From the NCBI GenBank assembly GCA_951406725.2, contig OX597836.1, forward strand, positions 36,208,001-36,272,000: a stretch of DNA of 64,000 nucleotides. Direction: 5' to 3'. The stretch comes from Octopus vulgaris (Eukaryota). Positions 56,158-64,000 of this stretch are shown piece after piece. The position numbers and the translations under genes were made by a program. The number at the start of each line of letters is the position of its first letter. The stretch's first letter is position 1. The notes below the pieces were generated by a model. It did not search any database. It was given only the letters and a program-made list of their open reading frames with translations, and was not told the origin of the DNA.

Positions 56158-56416
56158 ATTAAATGAGAGATAAAACCACTATTAGGCAAATCAAACAGTG
56201 AAAAACATAAACCAAAACATAAAAATAAATATAATTAATATAATATACAAAATATATAAAATTTAAAATCAAATAATTTAATTATAAAATAATTTAATAT
56301 TTTAATTTTAAATTTTATATATTTTGTATATTATATTAATTATATTTATTTTTATGTTTTGGTTTATGTTTTTCACTGTTTGATTTGCCTAATAGTGGTT
56401 TCATCTCTAATTTAAT
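56158..56416. repeat. ~260-bp AT-rich foldback adjoining repeat E
   Basis: AACCACTATTAGGCAAATCAAACAGTGAAAAACATAAACC mirrored by GGTTTATGTTTTTCACTGTTTGATTTGCCTAATAGTGGTT. Confidence 0.9.
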
Positions 56417-56432
56417 ATATATATATTTATAT

Positions 56433-56764
56433 TACGGAGATGTACTCGCATAGCAAGTGATTTGATCTGAGATCGTGTGCTGAAACAAAAACAATTGCAG
56501 CGTGGAAGGTGTTTGTAAGCCATTTAAGAAACACACAAAAGCCGTTCGATTCACTTCAACATTTAAGTCAAATTTGTCAAATTTGTCAAAATATTTTCGT
56601 CGCTAAAATCTGAGCTCAGATGCAGCACGGATTTTTGTCAGTGAACAGGTCGCGGATTTTAGCGACGAAAATATTTTGACAAATTAAACTTAAATGTTGA
56701 AGTGAATCGAACGGCTTTTGTGTGTTCTTAAATGGCTTACAAACACCTTCCACGCTGCAATTGT
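56433..56764 (+). mobile_element. Penelope-like foldback element (arms 56491-56610 and 56654-56764)
   Basis: ~110-bp inverted arms; the plus-strand arm overlaps an HHR-like fold. Confidence 0.7.
56634..56683 (+). ncRNA. Minimal type I hammerhead with swapped G3-C8 core
   Basis: TTTGTCA | GTGAACA | G GTCGC ggatttta GCGAC | GAAA ATAT T T | TGACAAA: 7-bp stem I, 5-bp stem II, palindromic AATATT stem III. Confidence 0.65.
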
Positions 56765-56779
56765 ATGTGTGTGTGTATG

Positions 56780-56824
<45 letters not shown>

Positions 56825-56946
56825 GGCCTCCGCGAAGAACTGGAATTATTATAACTTAAAACTTAAAATTCGATGTTCCACACATTGTATGCAATTTTCA
56901 GAAGAAAAAGAAACGGTATGGTTTCCAAATAACGAAAAGTCTTAAA

Positions 56947-57179
56947 AGGCGGCGGATTGGCAGAAACGTTAGCACGCCGGGCGAAATGCGTAGCCGTATT
57001 TCGTCTGCCGTTACGTTCTGGGTTCAAATTCCGCCGAGGTCGACTTTGCCTTTCATCATTTCGGGGTTGGTAAATTAAGTACCAGTTACGCACTGGGGTC
57101 GATGTAATGGCCTTAATCCCCTTTGTCTGTCCTTGTTTGTCCCCTCTATGTTTAGCCCCTTGTGGGCAATAAAGAAATA
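56947..57179 (+). mobile_element. SINE group B
   Basis: Full element; TSD AAATAACG(A/G)AAAGTCTT. Confidence 0.9.
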
Positions 57180-57648
57180 AAATAACGGAAAGTCTTCATA
57201 CGGACGCACGCCCGGTGAAAGCTCTAATTATATCGATATGTGTCATTCATTCATTCGGTCATTTAGGCAATATACACTATGGAATATCTTTCAATACGAT
57301 AAACTTTATAAATTCTAAAGTTCTATATTTCCATTCCGGGTTCAAATTCCGCCGAGGTCGACTTTGCCTTTCATCCTTTCGGGGTCGATTAAATAAGTAC
57401 CAGTTACGCACTGGGGTCGATGTAATCGCCTTAATCCCCTTTGTCCGTCCTTGTTTGCACCCCCCCTATGTAGCTCCTTGTGGGCAATAAAGAAATAAAA
57501 TAACGGAAGGTCTTCATACGGACGCACGCCCGGTGAAAGCTCTAATTATATCGATATGTGTCATTCATTCATTCGGTCATTTAGGCAATATACACTATGG
57601 AATATCTTTCAATACGATAAACTTTATAAATTCTAAAGTTCTATATTT
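57020..57648. repeat. ~315-bp tandem duplication of SINE B 3' part plus unique flank
   Basis: 57020-57330 is repeated at 57338-57648. Confidence 0.9.
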
Positions 57649-58156
57649 ACGTGACATAAGTTAGATATATTGAGTTATTCATATAATTGTTCGTGCAATG
57701 GACCTAATAAAATTTGTTACAGTACACTCGATATTTCATATTTCAATCCGATGTGACTACTTCTGATTCGATAGGGATTAGAATATGTTATATCTTGACG
57801 AACTTCCAATACATACTTCGGATATTGTTTTGAATAACTAGCCTTATTAACGCTTGATATTTCACATTTAAATCCGTTGTGAATATTTATTATTGGATAT
57901 GGATGGAAAAATATTATATGCTGATAACTTGCATTACCTATTTTTTAATATTCTTCGAGCAACTGGACTTATTAACACTGGATGTTTCTATTTTAAATCA
58001 GATGTGAGCAATTATACTTGGATAGAGATTTTAACATACTGTATGTTGATAGCTAACATTACATACTAGCCGACAAAAGGATAGGGCGACGCCTCCACTC
58101 AAAGAAGTGGAGCTGTGTCCCTTTCTATACCCTTTCTTATACCCTTCTGGATTATA

Positions 58157-58388
58157 CTTATTTCTTCACTACCTACAAGGGTCTAAACACAGAGGTGACA
58201 AACAAGGACAGACAAACGGATTAAATTGATTATATCAACCCCAGTGCGTAACTGGTACTTATTTAATCGACCCCGAAAGGATGAAAGGCAAAGTCAACCT
58301 CGGCGGAATTTGAACTCAGAACGTAGCGGCAGACGGAATACTGCTAAGCATTTCGCCCGGCGTGGTAACGTTTCTGCCAGCTCGCCGA
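58157..58388 (-). mobile_element. SINE group B
   Basis: Reverse complement of the group B text; TSD TTCTG(G/A)ATTATAC. Confidence 0.9.
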
Positions 58389-58799
58389 CTTCTGAATTAT
58401 ACCACCAGATAAAGGGATAGGGGGTTGAGAAACCTCTCCCCTACCCTTTCAATTCCCCTCTCTCAAACAACCCCCTTAAGGGTCTAAAGGTTGTGCATGT
58501 ACATATTTGACATTAGAAAGGGTTTGAAGCAAAACCATGCACCCTACATAAGCTAAGCTAACTTAATTTCTCATGCAAGTGAGAGGTTGGCATTTTCTAT
58601 CTTTTTCAATATTTAATTACAAGAGAGAATATGTTGTTACCGAAAACGTTAAAACTTTACTAACTTGATCGGTTTGTCACCGAAGCGGGATTTTGATTTC
58701 ATCTTCTGATACACACTTTCTATCATTTATATGAAGAATTGCAACAGCAACACAAGCTATTCTATGGTTAGATGGTACCAACTGTGAACAATCTCAATG

Positions 58800-59375
58800 C
58801 ATGTGTTTCCAAATTTTGCACAAAATCGTTAGCTACAGTCAATGGCTATGTGAGCGAGCCATTTTAGTTCCACGTAATGATGTTGGTGAAAAATCAATTG
58901 GGATCTCTCGCGGCTGTTGCCAGGACAAGACCAGTCTTTCAAATCGATCGACACTATCATTGACCAGGACGAAGCTGTAGTTTTTTCAACTGAGTTCCTA
59001 AACCCTATACAACCATCTACAATGACCCCAGACTGGTGGTGAAAGCAATATAACATCATGTCCTAGAAGCAGCAATTATCACTGGGAAATATAAGAGACG
59101 AGGATGTCTTCGTTCCACGGGTCCCGTTAATCACATCTGTCCTTCCCTTTCAATTTAAGTGATTCCAGTTCTCAATGGAACTAAGCTTTGCTTTGTCGAT
59201 AAACAAATCTGAAGGTTGTGGGACTTGACCTTGCTTCTCTTGGTTTCGGTCATGGGCAATTATATGTAGGGTGGTCGCGAGCTGTAAGTCACAAAAGTCT
59301 TTTTATTTGTATCCCAATTAAAGGACACACTCAAAACATTAAAACATTGTATATTTAGAAGTTCTACAAAATTAA
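58800..59375 (+). pseudogene. Helitron RepHel PIF1-like helicase C-terminal relic
   Basis: Across frameshifts: HVFPNF, WLCERAILVPRNDV, FKSIDTIIDQDEAVVFSTEFLN, VLEAAIITGK, DVFVPRVPLI, FQFK*FQF..SFALSINKS, LKVVGLDL..FGHGQLYVGWSR, VYLEVL. Confidence 0.9.
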
Positions 59376-59449
59376 ACTGTGACTGAATTCATGATTTGTT
59401 TTAATAACTTTCTTTATACTCACGTCGTCTGATAGAACTTATCTATCTA

Positions 59450-59486
<37 letters not shown>

Positions 59487-60461
59487 TGAATCTCTTTAAT
59501 TATCTCATAATAATGACTTTTATGAATTTTCTTACTTTTATTACTACCTCAGTCCATATAAATATATATATCTGTCGTTACCTTTCATAAAAAGCCTTTA
59601 CTTTTTTTTATTTACAATGTGCATTTTCGTTGATTTTTCTTACTTTCCCCTTACATTTCCACGTGTAGTTTCTATTTTCTTTTTGTAACATATTTCTATG
59701 ATATATATATATATATAAGGAGAGAGAGAGGTGGGGTATAGAGAGATAAATAGATGAAGTGGGGTGGAGGCGAGTGTATGTATGCAATCACACAATGTTC
59801 ATATGTGTACCTACATATATGTATAAATATAGATAAAAATTATTATAATAATGATAATAATAATAAGAAGAAGAAGAAGAGAAGAACAAAACCAAGAATA
59901 ACACCAACATGAATACACGATGGAGATGTGACTGATATACGAAAAAGAAAGAAGAAAAGTATATGTGACCTTCACTATGGAAACTAAATATGTTTTACAC
60001 CTACGCAGACTTATTGAGACATTATTGAATTGAACCATCGCTCATCAATTTGTTTCGAAAGAAATTAAGAAAAAACAAACTTTATATTAAGTAAAATAAT
60101 GCTAGGATACATTTTGAAATGTATACCTTACAAATACTTTGTTTAGATAAATATTTTAAATATTCTTTTGTGATTTATTTGTATATTCATGTCTATATAT
60201 TTATATATTTATTCATATTGAGAGAGAGACAAATGTCCATTAGACTTCCTTCCTGTGGAATTATGTTTTTAATTAAATTTAATTACAATTAATTGCGAGA
60301 TTGGTTTTCTTGTGCCTTACTTTAGCAAAATATACATAATGATAGTTTCTCTTCAGAGCCAGCAGAGTTTGAATTCATTAAAGAATCCTGACATGTGTGT
60401 GTGTCTGCTGATATTTTATCATGGATGCACACATACATGCACACGTGCGCGCTTCCAAACA

Positions 60462-60515
<54 letters not shown>

Positions 60516-60819
60516 AACACGCAAACACACACACTCACACAATTCAGCAGCACAACACACCGATGTTACATCTTTCCCTGTATGCATGTGTGTATACGTA
60601 TGTATATGTGTGTATACCTGTATATATATATATATGTATGTGTGTATATATATATATGTCTCTCTCTCTATATATATATATATGCATGTATGTATATATG
60701 TATATATATGAAAACCGGTTGAATAAATATATATTTATATATTTTATCAATTTCTCATTTTATTAAAATTTTCTTTCATTTGAGCATTCTGCATTTAAAA
60801 AAAAAAAAATTTTTCCTTG

Positions 60820-60860
<41 letters not shown>

Positions 60861-60876
60861 TACATATATATATATA

Positions 60877-60911
<35 letters not shown>

Positions 60912-60973
60912 GCTTATATAACTATATATGTATATTTTATTCCACAGGGTTAGAGATATAGGAAAAATGGAAG

Positions 60974-61380
60974 TTGAAAAGGATTTGATTGGCTGAGGAT
61001 AGTCGCATGACTGGTCTTAGAAATTCTTGTAGGTTTCCTGTCAAACACATCCATGTGTTCGACGTCGTAAGTTAAGTCAGACACGGCTGGCTGATCAAGT
61101 CCAAACAATCAATGCTCTGAATGATTTCTGTATTGACAGGTCTATCTTGATTATAATTAAACGTGGTCACTCAACCTTGTCCCCACTCGTTTTAGGCGCA
61201 AAATATACTGTCACTTGACACTACCTCAGAGCATTGATTTTTGGGACTTCTTCAGTCAACCGTGTCAGCCCTAAATTACGACGCCCAACGTTGTAACTTG
61301 ATGCTAAGGCACGAACGTAGCAGGAAACCTACAGAAAGTCCAGTCAAGTGACTATCCTCTACCAATCAAATCCTATTCAA
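60974..61380. mobile_element. Old foldback/MITE-like element (~400 bp) with nested inverted repeats
   Basis: GGATTTGATTGG..GAGGATAGTC..TGACTGG..TGTAGGTTTCCTG mirrored at the far end; inner GACACGG/CCGTGTC and TCAATGCTCTGA/TCAGAGCATTGA. Confidence 0.75.
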
Positions 61381-62701
61381 AACATATACGAATTTGAGCC
61401 ATGAACATAAACACTTTTTTCTTTTCCTTGTTTTGTCGCATGCTTTCAACGAACGTGACGTAAAAACCACGCTTAAATAGCTCCTTTCCCCAGAAAAACA
61501 AAGATTTGGCTGTTATTTCATGCACACACTGCTACCACATAATAGGTATTTCGGGTCCTTTATCGCAAAAAGTTGTTACGTGGTAGCAGGACGTGCTAGA
61601 CATAGCAGCCACATCTTTGGAGGTGAGATACGTTGAATGCACGTGAAAGAAACCTGAGATGAAAAAAAAAACTATTTCACACCTATGATACAGACGGGTC
61701 TTTTAAGAAATATTTACCGTATTTTAAGTCATTTTCCCATAATAATATATTGCCTATTGTAATGTGTCTAATGGAAAGGTTAGAGTTTCTTCCTTTTCAG
61801 AGTTAAGTTATTTTCGGAGTATTCTTCCATTATGCCCCGTTTGGGTATTTATACTCCCAAACCCCGAATATCTCAATTACAACTGGTCCGATGTACACGA
61901 AACTTGTTTTGTTCCGTTTGTATTCACATTTCAGGGTAGCTGACTTTAAAAGTATTTTCCCATTATGCGCTAGTTTGGCTGAGTATCATTGCAAGCAAGC
62001 AAGAGTGAACCTCATTTTTAATGTATTATTGATACATATTTGCGTATGCGTATGCATATGTATTTCACCTGTGTGTGTTCATGTGTATATATATGAATGT
62101 ATGTATGTATAGAGTAATATCTAGATCGACATACAAATTTGGAGAATACAACAGTGTCTGCTTAAATTACTAAAGTTACATTATAACCAATCTTAACTCT
62201 CTTATGTGATTTACGAAAACGTTCGTAAATGTTCAATTTTTTAAGTATTTCGCTAAGTGGAATAATAAATCGATAAAATATCAATAATTACTTCTCAATA
62301 TATAGAATATATTCACTAATTATATTTAAAACTTAAAATCTTCACTGTTTAACTACCAGAAGAATGAAGATTTAAACTAGTGAATACCCCGCTTCTCTGG
62401 AACTTTCATGAAAACTTTAAACTTTCCAGTGCTTTAATTGATTGTGAAAAAACAGAAATTATGCTTACAAAGCTGCTTTTCTGTTCTTCCTAAATGGAAA
62501 CAAATCAATATATTTGATAATGTATTCTTTTAAATTTTAGAAAATCCATTCGATCAATATTTTTAAAATAATTGTTGGAAAAAACGAATACTGTAAACAT
62601 AATTTAGTAATCAATTGGAATAAACAGCAATGCACATACATACTACCATACATGTATAATATGTAGGTATATGTTTATGTATATACATACACACGTACAT
62701 A

Positions 62702-62739
<38 letters not shown>

Positions 62740-62742
<3 letters not shown>

Positions 62743-62865
62743 AGAGTTTACGAAAAAGACAAAAGACGAAGACAGGTGGTGTACAAAACAAACAGATGTA
62801 TTTGTATAACTCTCTGGAATAGAAAAAGTCTTTTACGTTTCGAGCCTACGCTCTTCTACAGAGAG
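62740..62865 (-). mobile_element. Short Penelope-pLTR-like repeat with minimal HHR-like motif (62829-62864)
   Basis: Minus strand TCT CTGTAGA A GAGC gtag GCTC GAAACGTA AAAGAC. Confidence 0.65.
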
Positions 62866-63002
62866 CATGTCTATATAGTTTAGGCTGATATATAAAGGCT
62901 ATAGTTAGAATCACAGCTGACTACACGGTAATCCATACAAATATATACATGTAAATATGAACGACTTCAATACACAACAGCATATCAATACATATATCCA
63001 GA

Positions 63003-63161
63003 CGTAGGAGTGTCTGTGCAGTAAGCAGCTTGATTACGAACCACATAGTTTCGGGTTCATTCCCACTGCGTGGTACCATGGTCAAGTGTCTTCTACTATA
63101 GCCTCGGGCCGATGAAGCCTTGTGAGTGGATTTGGTAGACGGAAACTGAAAGAACTCCGTC

Positions 63162-63255
<94 letters not shown>

Positions 63256-63433
63256 AGCATGGCTTGACAAAAGATGGTGGTGTGTTTACGTCCCCGTAAC
63301 ATAGCGGTTCGGCAAAAGAGACCGATAGTATAAGTAATAGGCTTACAAAGAATAAGTCCTGGGGTCGATTTGATCAACTAAATGCGGTGCTCCAGCATGG
63401 CCTCAGTCAAATGACTGAAACAAGTAAAGAGTA
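63003..63433 (+). mobile_element. SINE group A, full length
   Basis: Head, internal (AT)n(GT)n and tail GACTGAAACAAGTAAAGAG. Confidence 0.88.
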
Positions 63434-63789
63434 TATCTACGCGCCGGCGAACGTGTACGTACGTGAGTATATGTAGGTACGGATAGGGTAGGATCAGAAT
63501 GAAAGCGGGTTATATAGAAATCCATGCAAATAGAGAGATGTAATTATGAACAATTCCAGCACACGACTATACACATCCGCGCACACGAGCGACCATACGC
63601 ATCCACGCACACGAGCGTACATGCACGGAAAGTAAGTATTTTGCCAAGGAAAATATACAAAAGAGGAATAAAGCTTTGTTTTATGTAGTCTTTGATATAT
63701 TTCGTCTGGAGACAGAAATGACGGCATAGTTATAGCTTGAAAAACCTTTGATGAAAAATTCTCCTATTCAGCGTTCAGATGAAGCTAAA

Positions 63790-63817
63790 CAACAAGAGCA
63801 ACATCATCTTCATCATC

Positions 63818-63851
<34 letters not shown>

Positions 63852-63903
63852 ACAACAACAACAACAGGAATAGAAGCAAGGCCATCAACAACAACAACAG
63901 CAG
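63790..63903. repeat. (CAT)n/(CAA)n trinucleotide tract
   Basis: Direct reading. Confidence 0.9.
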
Positions 63904-64000
63904 CTTACCAAATGTATGCACAAAAGACGTTACATTTCTTAAAGAAATTTCATTAAACAGGATTTGATTCTTGTATTGTTTCCAATAATAACACTCGGTT

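Noticed and set aside
56895-56945. SEEKETVWFPNNEK resembling homeodomain helix 3
   Set aside because: It lacks Q50/R52/R53 and helices 1-2, and overlaps a SINE target site; chance match.

Overview
This is an AT-rich eukaryotic window, dense in microsatellites and repeats. I found no convincing host protein-coding gene, so it reads as intergenic DNA or a large intron. The SINE families and microsatellite load resemble octopus/coleoid DNA; that is an inference from recalled repeat sequences, not a database result. Almost every ORF in the supplied track is a microsatellite or SINE artefact. Supported content: (1) four groups of tRNA-derived SINEs, including a CORE-like group, a Deu/Nin-domain-like group and two groups sharing a head with exchangeable tails; (2) LINE fragments (RTE/BovB-like, a second RTE, CR1-like, Tx1/L1-like RT); (3) Tc1/mariner derivatives (mariner, DUF4817/rosa-like, maT-like); (4) a MITE with an 8-bp TSD carrying telomere-like repeats; (5) two non-autonomous Helitrons and a Helitron PIF1-helicase relic; (6) several local duplications and foldbacks. 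The most notable signal is a set of type I hammerhead ribozyme (HHR) motifs in non-coding Penelope/retrozyme-like elements. One is fully canonical and sits in a terminally redundant ~490-nt unit (40452-41242). One has a compensatory G3-C8 core (56634-56683). A dispersed family carries minimal HHRs with variant cores. Coordinates were counted by eye and may be off by a few bases.
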